The notes: generated by a model from the sequence alone, not told the origin. Positions 9,241-18,922 are shown, numbered from the stretch's first letter. The stretch: DNA of 22,972 nucleotides from Armatimonadota bacterium (GCA_038248345.1 JBBRXO010000040.1:1-22972), one strand, 5' to 3'. A program made the numbers and translations.

Positions 9241-9269
9241 TTGTAGAATGGAGAATAGCGAAGTATAAT
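9241..9269 (+). promoter_or_regulatory. Sigma70-type promoter, probably giving a leaderless transcript
   Basis: TTGTAG-17 nt-TATAAT, 8 nt before ATG 9278; no SD in between. Confidence 0.6.
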
Positions 9270-9277
9270 GATTTAGC

Positions 9278-9727
9278 ATGAAGAACAGTACAGAGAAACC
9301 GCGGAAGATAAGATTGAACTCACCCTTTACGTTGTTAGGGTGTGGTTGCTCGTTGGTGGCGGTAATCGGGTTGCTGCTGATCTTCATTTTCCTGGGAGTA
9401 CAGGTGTATCGCAGCCGGCTGGATGTGCGGTGGAGTCGGGAGGATTATGCCCAATGCACAAAGAATTTACGCTATATCGGCCAGGCAATGGCTAGCTATG
9501 AGAAAGATTTTCACCAGCTTCCCGCGAAATTAGAAGATTTAACGCCGCATTATCTGGATGTCGAATATCTGCGTTGCCCACTGGAAGTAAAGGGGGTGGG
9601 GGTGCATTATGAATATTTCCCCACGGCCCAGCAGGAAGGTGATGTGCTGGTCAGTTGCCAGAACCATCGGCAGGGGACAGTAGTGCTGCAGCGTTCGTTG
9701 AAGATTCGCGCAAAGCAATGGCGCTGA
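9278..9727 (+). CDS. Membrane-anchored pilin-like hypothetical protein
   Basis: Basic leader, TM helix, then CTKNLRYIGQAMASYEKDFHQLPAKLEDL...YLRCP, the C-x-x-N-L-x-x-I-G-x-A pattern of prepilin-type proteins. Confidence 0.6.
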   Translation: MKNSTEKPRKIRLNSPFTLLGCGCSLVAVIGLLLIFIFLGVQVYRSRLDVRWSREDYAQCTKNLRYIGQAMASYEKDFHQLPAKLEDLTPHYLDVEYLRCPLEVKGVGVHYEYFPTAQQEGDVLVSCQNHRQGTVVLQRSLKIRAKQWR

Positions 9728-11189
9728 TTCCTGCCCCTTCCGCCAGCCCCAGCAGACTCCAGAAGAACCCGCCGCCTTCGATACGCCAGAATTGCGCGTC
9801 CGAGATGTTGCAGAGCAGAAAGACCATCAACCCTGCCGCTATCGCCATACCCACTGTGCGAGCGAAGAGGTCTTGGCGCTGGCGCGAGATAAGCCACAAC
9901 CGTATCACCAACCAGAGCAGCAAGCCGGTGAAAGCAAGCGCCACGGGGATACCTTCAGTAGCGGCCCAGTGCAGATACTGATTATGGGCATTTTGCTGCG
10001 TAACGGGCAAAGTAGCCAGCTGATCATCAATTTTAACGAGATTTTTAGCGAAGTTCTTATTACCCACCCCCCAGAGTGGGGCAGTCTCAATATCAAGAAA
10101 AGCAAGCTGTTAGATTTTTGTGCGTGCTGTGTCTTCAATTCCACGTGTGCTTACCCGCCAACCATTCAGTGGGTATTTGAGTACAAAGGCATCGACCGTC
10201 TGCAGGCCTCCCAGGAGCGAAAGCCCAATAACCAATGGCCAGATCCACCGCAGGCGTAGCCGCCACATCAGTATGCCAGAGATCAACGCCAGCAGCAGGG
10301 TGAGGGCGGCCCACATAGGCAGGTTTTCTGTGGGGGCGGTGAAGGTAAGCACTAACCCCAAGGTGAGCGTGGCCGTCATGCCGAGCGCCACCGAATTAAG
10401 CCAGAGCAGGCCAAAGCCAACCGCAATGACGGCCATCGCCGGGCCGCGGGAGTTGGTATACCAGAGTGCGGCGGCGGTAGCGATAGCCCCCAGTAGTAGC
10501 AGAACTTTCACATAGTTGGCCAGCTTAAAGCGGAGCAATAAGGGGGAAAGCCAGAGTGGGAAAGCGGACGCCAGCAATGCAGCAGTAAGATTAATATAGC
10601 TGGTGAGTCCCTGCACCCGCATACCGTTTGTATAGTTGGGATTAGCCGGATATTTGTGAAAGCCTGTCGCCCAACCTTTATCCAAATCATTATACCAGCG
10701 CGATACTCCGGTGACGTGTTGGACTACTCCCGACAATGCCAGCAGGGCCAGCCCCATCAGAGCGCTGATGACACCAATGCGGAGCAGAGACGGGCGTCCT
10801 GCCACGGCCAGACAGATAAGCGCGCCGCGCAACATCGGTTCCCCGTTTATCCACAGCCGTAGCCAGTCAAATTCGCCATCATGTGCCAGTGTGCGTGCCA
10901 GGGTAGCCAGCGCACAGAGCGCCAACAAACCCAGACAGGGGAGGAGAAAAGGGACAATGCGCCAGGGGAGGCGTTTCTCGCGTATGCTCAACCACAGCAG
11001 ACAGATTGCTAAAAAAGCCTCGAATCTGAGCAGATGAGTTGGGTATACCAAGGTGGCGCCGAGGGCGGGGCCTGACCATAAACCGACCAATAGTAACCAG
11101 ATTACCAGTGGAATCAGCAACAATTCAACACCGCGGTCGATAGCTGTCAGTATGCGTACTGTAGGGCTGTATTGGGCTCCTGATACCAT
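9651..11189 (-). pseudogene. O-antigen ligase/Wzy_C-family membrane protein interrupted by one in-frame TAA (10110-10112)
   Basis: ORFs 10110..11198 and 9651..10067 share a frame. Readthrough gives ARTKI*QLAFLDIETAPLWGVG...AHNQYLHWAATEGIP; also RVQGLTSYIN, YTNSRGP and many TM helices. Confidence 0.8.
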
Positions 11190-11275
11190 ATGATGCAATT
11201 ACTCCATGTTGATTATAACAAAAAGCAGCCTATAGCTGTTCGTTCCTGGGTAGTATGAGCTGTGGCGCCAGCCAC

Positions 11276-11314
11276 AAAAAAGCTGCCCACCTCCCCGAGA
11301 GGAGATGAGCAGCT
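11276..11314 (-). terminator. Intrinsic terminator after the S41 protease gene
   Basis: Minus strand AGCTGCTCATCTCC-TCTCGG-GGAGGTGGGCAGCT followed by a T run. Confidence 0.8.
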
Positions 11315-11325
11315 TGCTGTACGGA

Positions 11326-12693
11326 CTATTTACCGTTGATCTTATCTCGTAATACTTTGAGGGCAGCGGTCGCCTGGTTGTCGCTCTCGGATATCTTCAG
11401 CACACCTTCGTCGAGTTTGACTTCGATGTCGGGGGGAAGGCCAACTTTTCCTACATCATGCCCGTTGGGGGTGTAATAATGGGCGGTAGTGATGGCCATA
11501 GCCGCCGGAGCTGCGGGGTCGCCCACGCGCAATACTGTCTGCACCAGCGCTTTACCGAAGGTGCTTTCACCGATGATGGGCGCACGGCCGTAGTCTTTCA
11601 ACGCGCCGGAGAGGATCTCCGATGCCGACGCGCTGCCCTTATTTACCAGTACCACCAGCGGTTTGGTATAGATCTGTTTGTCGCTGGCCTGTCGTTCCAC
11701 GGGCGAGGATTTGCCGCTTCTACTTTTTGTCGAGACGATGATCTTCTTATCTTCGGGCAGGAACATTCCCGCAATTTTAATACATTCGCTTAAGAGTCCA
11801 CCAGGGTCATTGCGCAGGTCGAGAACAACACCGTCAACATTTTTGGTGTTGAATTCTGTCAGTGCCGCTTTCATTTGTTCTACAGACTTCTCATTGAATT
11901 GCAGTAGATGTATATAGCCGATGTTGTTGTCGAGCATTTTATAGCTGACAGAGGGTACTTCTATGCGTGCACGCGTTATAGTAATGATGACGGGTTTATC
12001 CATGCCTTTACGGGCCAGCGTCAGCTTAACATCAGTTCCTTCAGTACCGCGAATGTGGTCGGTCACCTCACTCACAGTTAAGCCATCGGTGAGCATTTCG
12101 TCAACGCTGAGGATAAAGTCTCCGGATTGCACCCCCGCTTTTTGCGCCGGGCTATTGGGCATGGTATCGACGATAGCAACTCGGTAATGCTTCGAGGAAC
12201 TGAGCTGGTTGCCGCAGACGGGGCAGATAATCGGAGGAGAGGTGCCTTCGCCTTCCTTCGGGATAAGCGCTGGAATTTCTGCCATCGTGAGGGTTGCGCC
12301 GATACCAGCGAAATGCCCCTGGTTGTCGCTGTTGAAATCCTTGAATTCTTTGGGATCCATGAAGCGTGTATAAGGGTCATTTAATTGGTGCAGCATACCG
12401 CGGATTGCGGCGTAGGTGATGGTCTGCGCGCGCTCACTGTTGATCTCTTCAATATATTCATCCTGCAAGCGGGATAATACTTCGGCATATAACTCCACCG
12501 GTTTGAGGGAGGAGGAGTCGATGGTGGAGTGATCTACAGCACTCCCGATGACTTGTGACCAAAGCGGTGACCAGAGACTACCACGGGTTTCCTGGAAGTG
12601 ACTGCCCGGGAAGCTGAATCCGACAATGAAGGCGGTGGCGACGAGAAATACCGTAATTAGCGTAGATATTGAACGTGACTTATTTTGCATCAT
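11326..12693 (-). CDS. Carboxyl-terminal processing protease, S41A family (CtpA-like)
   Basis: N-terminal membrane anchor, LNDPYTRF, PDZ domain (FAGIGA...NSPAQKAGVQSGD), DLRNDPGG, catalytic SASASE and TFGKALVQ. Confidence 0.95.
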   Translation of the reverse strand: MMQNKSRSISTLITVFLVATAFIVGFSFPGSHFQETRGSLWSPLWSQVIGSAVDHSTIDSSSLKPVELYAEVLSRLQDEYIEEINSERAQTITYAAIRGMLHQLNDPYTRFMDPKEFKDFNSDNQGHFAGIGATLTMAEIPALIPKEGEGTSPPIICPVCGNQLSSSKHYRVAIVDTMPNSPAQKAGVQSGDFILSVDEMLTDGLTVSEVTDHIRGTEGTDVKLTLARKGMDKPVIITITRARIEVPSVSYKMLDNNIGYIHLLQFNEKSVEQMKAALTEFNTKNVDGVVLDLRNDPGGLLSECIKIAGMFLPEDKKIIVSTKSRSGKSSPVERQASDKQIYTKPLVVLVNKGSASASEILSGALKDYGRAPIIGESTFGKALVQTVLRVGDPAAPAAMAITTAHYYTPNGHDVGKVGLPPDIEVKLDEGVLKISESDNQATAALKVLRDKINGK

Positions 12694-12750
12694 TTATTCC
12701 TGGTTCTATAGATTTCGGGGAGGTCTTTCCCCGAAGAGATATCACTTGAA

Positions 12751-14115
12751 TTAGAAGAATGGTTCTGGTGGTACCGGCAGAATTGGGAAGATAGGCATAC
12801 CGCCGGGGCCAATCATGCCTCCTGGCCCACCGGCGCCACCCGGGCCAGCAGCGGCGGCTTTTTCTGCAGCTGCTTTTGCTTTCGCTTCCGCTTCTTTTTT
12901 GCGTTTTTCATTTTCGTCTTGTACGCGGTAAAAGGCCTCATAGTAATTCTGAATGGTGACAATGGGTTTTTCGCGGAGCGTCGGTATCGCAACGACGCCT
13001 TCACCATAGTGGACCCGGATGACGACATTATCGAGAATGAATAATTCGATAGAGTTATTCAGGTCACCATCGAGTCCCGTGTAAACCATGACAAAGTTCT
13101 TCGAGAAACCGGCCTGGATTACTTCGGGGAAACTGCCGGGTCTAATTTTACCGTCTGTCAGCAATACGGGTTCGATGCCGCTATCTTTTTGTCCTAACGG
13201 CAGGGCAGCAACTCCGGCAACTCTGCTCGTGCGGAATTCGACTCCAGTAGTTAGTAAGCTGATTAGGTCTGGAGTATAAGATCCTTTTTCCGTATAGTTA
13301 GCAAAGGGAACGAGGGTGGCAGGCATACCCCATTTTCGGATTATCTCTTCGGTGGTGGAGCCGAGGCCGATGCCGCTGGCAGTGCTGGCGACGCGTATCT
13401 CCACTTTTGATCCTTCATCCGTCAGGACTGGTTTGAGTCCGGGGACGGATTTATAGGTGCCATCCGCCTGGAGTCGGCGCTTCAGGGGCTCCAGCGAGCA
13501 AGCGACGATATCTGTTACTGTGCCTCCAATGTTGTACATGATGTCGCCATTACTGTCTCGCTTGTCAATAACAACACCGATGCAGTAGGTGTAGTTGATT
13601 AGGTAGAACCACATCTCCTGGCCTAGTTTCAGTTCGGGTGTATGTGTTAAATAGGCCCAGAGGTGCATATTCTTCGCCGCTGGCGACAAACCGGCAGGTG
13701 CGCCATTCAGTTTGGTTTCAAATTCTACAAGACCATCGGCTAAGACCATCAGGATTATCCCATCCTGCCCATATTTAATGATATCCATCTTCATTGCATT
13801 GCCTCCCTTGACGGGGGGGGCGACATCGATCCCTGGTTCTCGTGGGAGTACGGTATTTTGCGGCTGAACTGTCAAGTATGACATGCAGGTAGATCCCGGA
13901 CGGATTACTCCTGCTTTTAGCATGTTATCGACTAATTTCTTGGTACTCATCCCAACCCAAATTTTATCCTGGAATTGCCCAGGCACCGAGCTTCCTTTAT
14001 TGATATCTGTCAGCGGGATATCATTAGCAGCACCCGCGGGCGTGCAGATAATCAATGGCAACAGGGAGAGCGTTATTAAAAATATCAGGTTGAGCAGTTC
14101 GTTCTGTTTTCGCAT
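12751..14115 (-). CDS. Secreted hypothetical protein with charged helix and Gly/Pro-rich C-terminal tail
   Basis: 454-aa ORF, SD GAGGA, signal peptide ending about AGA|A, motif TASGIGLGSTTEEIIRKWGMP. Confidence 0.8.
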   Translation of the reverse strand: MRKQNELLNLIFLITLSLLPLIICTPAGAANDIPLTDINKGSSVPGQFQDKIWVGMSTKKLVDNMLKAGVIRPGSTCMSYLTVQPQNTVLPREPGIDVAPPVKGGNAMKMDIIKYGQDGIILMVLADGLVEFETKLNGAPAGLSPAAKNMHLWAYLTHTPELKLGQEMWFYLINYTYCIGVVIDKRDSNGDIMYNIGGTVTDIVACSLEPLKRRLQADGTYKSVPGLKPVLTDEGSKVEIRVASTASGIGLGSTTEEIIRKWGMPATLVPFANYTEKGSYTPDLISLLTTGVEFRTSRVAGVAALPLGQKDSGIEPVLLTDGKIRPGSFPEVIQAGFSKNFVMVYTGLDGDLNNSIELFILDNVVIRVHYGEGVVAIPTLREKPIVTIQNYYEAFYRVQDENEKRKKEAEAKAKAAAEKAAAAGPGGAGGPGGMIGPGGMPIFPILPVPPEPFF

Positions 14116-14172
14116 GTTAGCTTCCTCAGCATAGTAATCGCCGTTTAAGTACAGGGAAAGTTGAGAGTAATC

Positions 14173-15291
14173 TTATTTGTTTGGTGGCACTGACGGCCCA
14201 TCGCCAATTGGCGCTCCTGCAGGAGGCACTGGCGCTGGCCCACCCGGTGCCGCTCCGGGAGTTGTTGCAGGATCTGCCTTTTTGATCTCATTCTTCGGGA
14301 TTGCCATGAGCTTGTCACCGATAGATACGCCGATGACCATACGCGACGTACTGTCGATGGTCAACGCAAAGTTCCATTTGTCGTAGTACAGGTAGTACCA
14401 GGTATCAATAGAGGCTGTTTTGTTACCCGGTAAATCCGGCCAGCCGAAATTGCGGCGGGTGGCAATATCCGCCATCTGGTAATTCAAGCCGATGTCATTT
14501 TGCAACCAGAGGCGTTCCTTCGGCGGCTTAAAGAACCATGATGACGCGAGTGCGACCGAGCCGCCTTCAGTGGTGATATTTCCATTTTTATCTAACGCCA
14601 TGGTGGGATTATCTATCGTGCGTACGGCAATGCCGGAGACGCGTCCATTTTCAAACAGCACGTAGGTCTTCCATTGCAAAGAATTATCTTCGTTGCTCCT
14701 GTCGTATTGATAGATGTACTTTTCCACCAGGGGACTGTTGATTTTAGGCGGTTCTGGGTCAGGGAGAATCGGTGGTGCAATGTCAACAGGTGGTTCCACC
14801 GGCGGAGGCATACCATTGACCGGAGGGGGCGGAACTGGCGTGACTGGCACTGTCAAATCGGGCAGTTTTGTGTAGTCAATTGAGGAATCGTGAAATTTGA
14901 ACATTCCCAATATTTCATCAATATCTTCCAAAGACGGGCCGATGAAGGTGGGCACGCCTCCGTTTCCATCCATCACGATATCGCCGAAGATGTATTTTTT
15001 ATCCCATACTTCCAGATATGAGGCGCCGAGGGGAATACCATCCAGCCATCTTTCCGGTACAATCTCCTGTTGAGTCGGTATCGGGTCATTAGGGCCTAAC
15101 GGATTGCGATAATGAAAATTCGGGGTCGATGGTGGTGGCACGAAGGGAGGATTCAGCACTGGCGTGACAACGTTGCCGGGTAGCGCCATCGCCCCCCCGG
15201 TGAAGCGTGCGGCCACCACTGGAAGCATTATCGTCATAAATGCCAGTGTGGCTACTATCCGCCAAACTCCTGTATTAGCCTGCATTTTCAT
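14173..15291 (-). CDS. Secreted Pro-rich hypothetical protein
   Basis: 372-aa ORF, SD GAGGAGG, signal peptide, Pro-rich linkers, motifs DGIPLGASYLEVW and NDIGLN...RNFGWP. Confidence 0.8.
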   Translation of the reverse strand: MKMQANTGVWRIVATLAFMTIMLPVVAARFTGGAMALPGNVVTPVLNPPFVPPPSTPNFHYRNPLGPNDPIPTQQEIVPERWLDGIPLGASYLEVWDKKYIFGDIVMDGNGGVPTFIGPSLEDIDEILGMFKFHDSSIDYTKLPDLTVPVTPVPPPPVNGMPPPVEPPVDIAPPILPDPEPPKINSPLVEKYIYQYDRSNEDNSLQWKTYVLFENGRVSGIAVRTIDNPTMALDKNGNITTEGGSVALASSWFFKPPKERLWLQNDIGLNYQMADIATRRNFGWPDLPGNKTASIDTWYYLYYDKWNFALTIDSTSRMVIGVSIGDKLMAIPKNEIKKADPATTPGAAPGGPAPVPPAGAPIGDGPSVPPNK

Positions 15292-15486
15292 ACCTCCTCA
15301 ACCGATATTACGAGGGAATCGGCAGCGTAATATGCTAGTTACGCGCCGATGAGAATATAGTTTCTACTCACTGACGAAGTACGTTACTGAGAAGTAAAAA
15401 TCCATCTCAGCATCGTGCTGGTCAGCTCTATAGTTTTTCAATACTGGTATTATAACCGTTTTTTGAGGTTTCATGCTAATTATGGC

Positions 15487-15524
15487 AAAAAAACGCCCGA
15501 TATGTCTTCACATATCGGGCGTTT
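15487..15524 (-). terminator. Intrinsic terminator of the cold-shock gene
   Basis: Minus strand AAACGCCCGATATGT-GAAG-ACATATCGGGCG-TTTTTTT. Confidence 0.9.
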
Positions 15525-15553
15525 ACAAAGTTATCCAGTAAAAAAATGAATAA

Positions 15554-15760
15554 TTACTGGATACTGGTAACTCTCTCTGCTTGGGGACCTTTGATTCCCT
15601 GCACGAGTTCGAAGCTTACAAGCTGTCCTTCGTTCAGTTGTCGATAGCCACCAGCTTCGATAGCGGAGAAATGAACATACACATCTTGCTTGCCTTCGAC
15701 TTCGATGAAGCCGTAACCCTTAGCGGTGTCGAACCACTTTACTTTACCTACCGTTGACAT
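15554..15760 (-). CDS. Cold-shock domain protein (CspA family)
   Basis: [15 protein letters not shown] (RNP1), DVYVHFSAI (RNP2), KGPQA; SD GGAGGT. Confidence 0.96.
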   Translation of the reverse strand: MSTVGKVKWFDTAKGYGFIEVEGKQDVYVHFSAIEAGGYRQLNEGQLVSFELVQGIKGPQAERVTSIQ

Positions 15761-15837
15761 AACACACCTCCATAAGAAAATTGTTATTTGCCAACATCAG
15801 CAAGTAATGAACTGCATCATCACAGAACACCAAAGAT

Positions 15838-15866
15838 ATAATAGAAGCAGAAGATGGTATTGTCAA
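15838..15866 (-). promoter_or_regulatory. Sigma70 promoter of the cold-shock gene
   Basis: TTGACA-17 nt-TATTAT, implying a 5' UTR of about 70 nt. Confidence 0.7.
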
Positions 15867-15921
15867 TGACTTTTTCGCGAAATATGTTATACTTTTGCTG
15901 AAATTTTGGAGGAAATTACAT

Positions 15922-16743
15922 ATGCGCGTGGCATTTATCGGGTGCGAGGTATTATTTCGGGAATTCTGCATAGCGGCGGCGCACTCGCCATTGGTGATAG
16001 ATCCGGTCATTTTGCCACAGGGATTGCATAATACCCCGGCAGATTTACGTGCGCGTTTGCAGTTGGAAATTGACCGCCTCGATTCCGGGCCGGACTACGC
16101 CTCCAGCGAAAATAATGAAGCCATCCCCCGCCAGAAGTATGATGCGCTGTTGCTGGGCTATGCTCTGTGCAGTAATGGAGTGGTGGGAGTAACCGCGCGG
16201 CACATTCCGTTGATAATTCCCCGCGGGCATGATTGCATTACGCTACTCATCGGTTCACGCGCGGCGTATCAGCAGTATTTCGACACCCATCGCGGTGTCT
16301 ATTGGTACACCTCCGGGTGGATCGAGCGCACCCTGCAGCCCGGTGTGGAGCGGTACCAGTACACCCTGAACCAGTATATTGAGAAATACGGCGAGGATAA
16401 TGCGGAATACCTGATGGAGATGGAGCAGGCGTGGTTCAAGGAATACCAGTGGGCAACTTATATTGATTGGAAGCTGCCCAGCGCCGAGAGCGACAAAAAA
16501 TATACCCGCGAATGTGCCGAGTACCTGGGATGGAACTATGATGTAGTGCCGGGCGATCCACAATTGATGATCGACTTCCTGGCGGGCAAATGGGATGACG
16601 AACGTTTTCTGACGGTCCCCGCCGGCTCGTGCATCGAGCCAAGCCATGCGGACACCATCGTCAATGCGTGCGCTGGCTGCAGCTGTCACGGTATGGAACA
16701 GGTGGACGATAGCCAGCCGACGGTGATGGCTAACCGGACTTGA
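15922..16743 (+). CDS. DUF1638 domain-containing protein
   Basis: IGCEVLFRE, GLHNTP, LLGYALCSNG, IPRGHDCITLLIGS, YWYTSGW. Start reassigned to ATG 15922 (SD GGAGG). Confidence 0.85.
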   Translation: MRVAFIGCEVLFREFCIAAAHSPLVIDPVILPQGLHNTPADLRARLQLEIDRLDSGPDYASSENNEAIPRQKYDALLLGYALCSNGVVGVTARHIPLIIPRGHDCITLLIGSRAAYQQYFDTHRGVYWYTSGWIERTLQPGVERYQYTLNQYIEKYGEDNAEYLMEMEQAWFKEYQWATYIDWKLPSAESDKKYTRECAEYLGWNYDVVPGDPQLMIDFLAGKWDDERFLTVPAGSCIEPSHADTIVNACAGCSCHGMEQVDDSQPTVMANRT

Positions 16744-16795
16744 GCAACCCCCTAGGAACGGGCAGGCGAGACGCCTGCGTTCCCAGGGATGCTCA
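16741..16795. repeat. Long imperfect hairpin between convergent genes (REP-like or bidirectional terminator)
   Basis: TGAGCAACCC..CTAGGAAC..GCAGGCG-AGA-CGCCTGC-GTTCCCAG-GGATGCTCA. Confidence 0.6.
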
Positions 16796-16807
16796 ATGAT
16801 ATAGGAA

Positions 16808-17860
16808 CTACTTGAGTAACCCCTCCACTGCCGCCACCACCTCGGCAACGGTAATGGCGTCCATACAGTCGAAATTGGCGCAGGTAGGACGGCGATGGCA
16901 GGGGTAGCACGATAGCTTATGATGAATGATTGTTACCAGCGGTTCTTCGGAGAGCCAGGTGCTGGGGGTAGAGCCGTATAACGTGACGGTCGGCACATCA
17001 TTGGCCATTCCAGCATAGGTGAGGCCAGTGTCCACCCCCACCAGTGCCACGCCGCCCTGGCAGATGGCTGCCGCCTGCAGTAGTGTGGTGCGCCCGGCGA
17101 CGGAGATGAGATGCGCGCCGTGTTTGGCGGCCAGCCCCTCGGCCTGCTCTTTGCGCTCCGGCCCACCCACCAGCACTGTGTGCAGCCCATGCCGTTGCCA
17201 CAGTTCATCCGCCAATTCACCCCAGCGTGAGTTCACCCAGTCCTTCTGCGGGCGGGAGCTGGAGATGCAGCAGGTTACGTAGCGCCCATCGGTCAAGCCG
17301 GAGTCAGCCAGCAGTTGCTTCGCAATCACCTGGTCAGCCTCCGGCATCACCAGTATCAGTCGATCAGTCAGTTGCTCAATACCCAGGTTGCGCAACATGC
17401 CGTTGCAGCGGTCGGCCAGGTGGGTAGGTTTATCCGGGTATCCCACGCGTTCCGTCATGAAGATATGGTTCATCTCGCGCGATGGCGTAGGCCCGATTCG
17501 GCGCGGTGCCCCGGAGAGCCAGGTGACCAGCCCACTCATGAAAAGTTCCTGAAAGTCGATGGCCATGTCGTGATTTCCCGCTTGCAGGGTCTGCTTCAGA
17601 TTAGCGATCTCGCGCAGTACTGTCAAAACTTTCCCTTGCCGCAGTTGTTTTTCCCATTGTTTCTGGTCGAGGAGAATAACCTCATCGACATAGGGATTAG
17701 CATGCACGATAGGGGCGGAGAGCCGGTCAACTACCCAGGTAATGTGGACTCCCGGATAGGTGTTCTTCAACGCATAGGGTACGGTGGAGGTCATCAGTAC
17801 ATCACCAATGGCACTGAGGCGGACGATCAATATTCTTTTTGGGGGGGTGTTGTTAATCAT
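16808..17860 (-). CDS. Glycosyltransferase family 9 (LPS heptosyltransferase-like)
   Basis: ILIVRLSAIGDV, NPYVDEVI, AIDFQ, KDW, AGRTTLLQ, GVDTG, C-terminal CYPC...C...CM motif. Confidence 0.92.
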   Translation of the reverse strand: MINNTPPKRILIVRLSAIGDVLMTSTVPYALKNTYPGVHITWVVDRLSAPIVHANPYVDEVILLDQKQWEKQLRQGKVLTVLREIANLKQTLQAGNHDMAIDFQELFMSGLVTWLSGAPRRIGPTPSREMNHIFMTERVGYPDKPTHLADRCNGMLRNLGIEQLTDRLILVMPEADQVIAKQLLADSGLTDGRYVTCCISSSRPQKDWVNSRWGELADELWQRHGLHTVLVGGPERKEQAEGLAAKHGAHLISVAGRTTLLQAAAICQGGVALVGVDTGLTYAGMANDVPTVTLYGSTPSTWLSEEPLVTIIHHKLSCYPCHRRPTCANFDCMDAITVAEVVAAVEGLLK

Positions 17861-17865
17861 TGTAT

Positions 17866-18843
17866 TTAAGGGACATATGAGATGATAAACGAAGCGTCGT
17901 CATCCGGGAGCAGTGAATAGTTACCCAGTGTTGCGGGAAGGAGTGCCGAATCGCCCAGGTTCAGTCGATCATAGCCATCTGCCCAGGTGACTATACCCGT
18001 ACCACCCACACAGGTGACGGTGACGAATGTTTCACCGTCAGTTGCACTGGTAAATTCATCATTTATTTCCAGTTTCTCTACCACAAAATACGGGCAGCGT
18101 GCCAACGTACTGCTGGAGCCGCCTTCAATACTGACTGGTGCATCACCTGAAAGCGTCGGAGCATAGTCCGTCCAGTTGGATACTTCCAATGCCTGCTCTA
18201 CGTGCAACTCGCGCGGCTGACCATCCAAACCCAGCCGCCCCCAGTCGTAGAGGCGGTAGGTGGTGTCGCTGTTCTGCTGAATCTCCAGAATCGTCAGTCC
18301 GGGCATGATGGCGTGGATGCGCCCGGCGGGGATGAAAATGCTGTCGCCAGTGGCCACCGGAATGCGGTGAAGCAACTTGCCTGGGTCGCCACCAGCCAAT
18401 GCCGCTTGAAATTGCGTGCGCGTCACCCCTGGCGCCAGTCCCGCGATGAGGCAACTGCCGGGTTCCGCGTGGAGGACATACCACATCTCGGTTTTGCCCA
18501 GCTCGCCCGCGTGGGCTTTGCAGTAGGTGTCATCCGGGTGAACCTGTACCGAGAGCGCGTCTTCGGCATCGATATATTTCACCAGGAGCGGGAATTCCGC
18601 CCCGCTCTGTGCCACTACCCGCCGCCCTAATATAGCCTCGGGGTCATGCGCGATGACCTCGCCCAGCGTCATCCCCGCGTCAGCGCCATTAGCGACAATG
18701 CTGTGCCCGTGCGGGTGTACCGACACTTCCCACGATTCCCCGATGGGCCCGGCTGGTATGGTGCGTCCGAGAACTGAGGAGAAGCGTCGTCCCCCCCAGA
18801 CTTTTTCAAAATAGATTGGTGTAAAGCGTAATGGATATGGCAT
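17866..18843 (-). CDS. manA: Mannose-6-phosphate isomerase, class I
   Basis: KVWGG, IGESWE, FPLLVKYIDA, LSVQVHPDD, GKTEMWY, PAGRIHAI, EIQQNSDTTYRLYDW, RELH. Confidence 0.93.
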   Translation of the reverse strand: MPYPLRFTPIYFEKVWGGRRFSSVLGRTIPAGPIGESWEVSVHPHGHSIVANGADAGMTLGEVIAHDPEAILGRRVVAQSGAEFPLLVKYIDAEDALSVQVHPDDTYCKAHAGELGKTEMWYVLHAEPGSCLIAGLAPGVTRTQFQAALAGGDPGKLLHRIPVATGDSIFIPAGRIHAIMPGLTILEIQQNSDTTYRLYDWGRLGLDGQPRELHVEQALEVSNWTDYAPTLSGDAPVSIEGGSSSTLARCPYFVVEKLEINDEFTSATDGETFVTVTCVGGTGIVTWADGYDRLNLGDSALLPATLGNYSLLPDDDASFIISYVP

Positions 18844-18922
18844 GATGTAATTATCCTAGCAGAAATATTGTCAGAGGTGAAGAGGGGTGACCTCTTGTGG
18901 ATGCGGCTCTTTTCTTCTTTTT

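Noticed and set aside
10110..10112. Stop-codon recoding or an alternative genetic code
   Set aside because: The codon is TAA, which terminates many intact genes here; selenocysteine and pyrrolysine use TGA and TAG.
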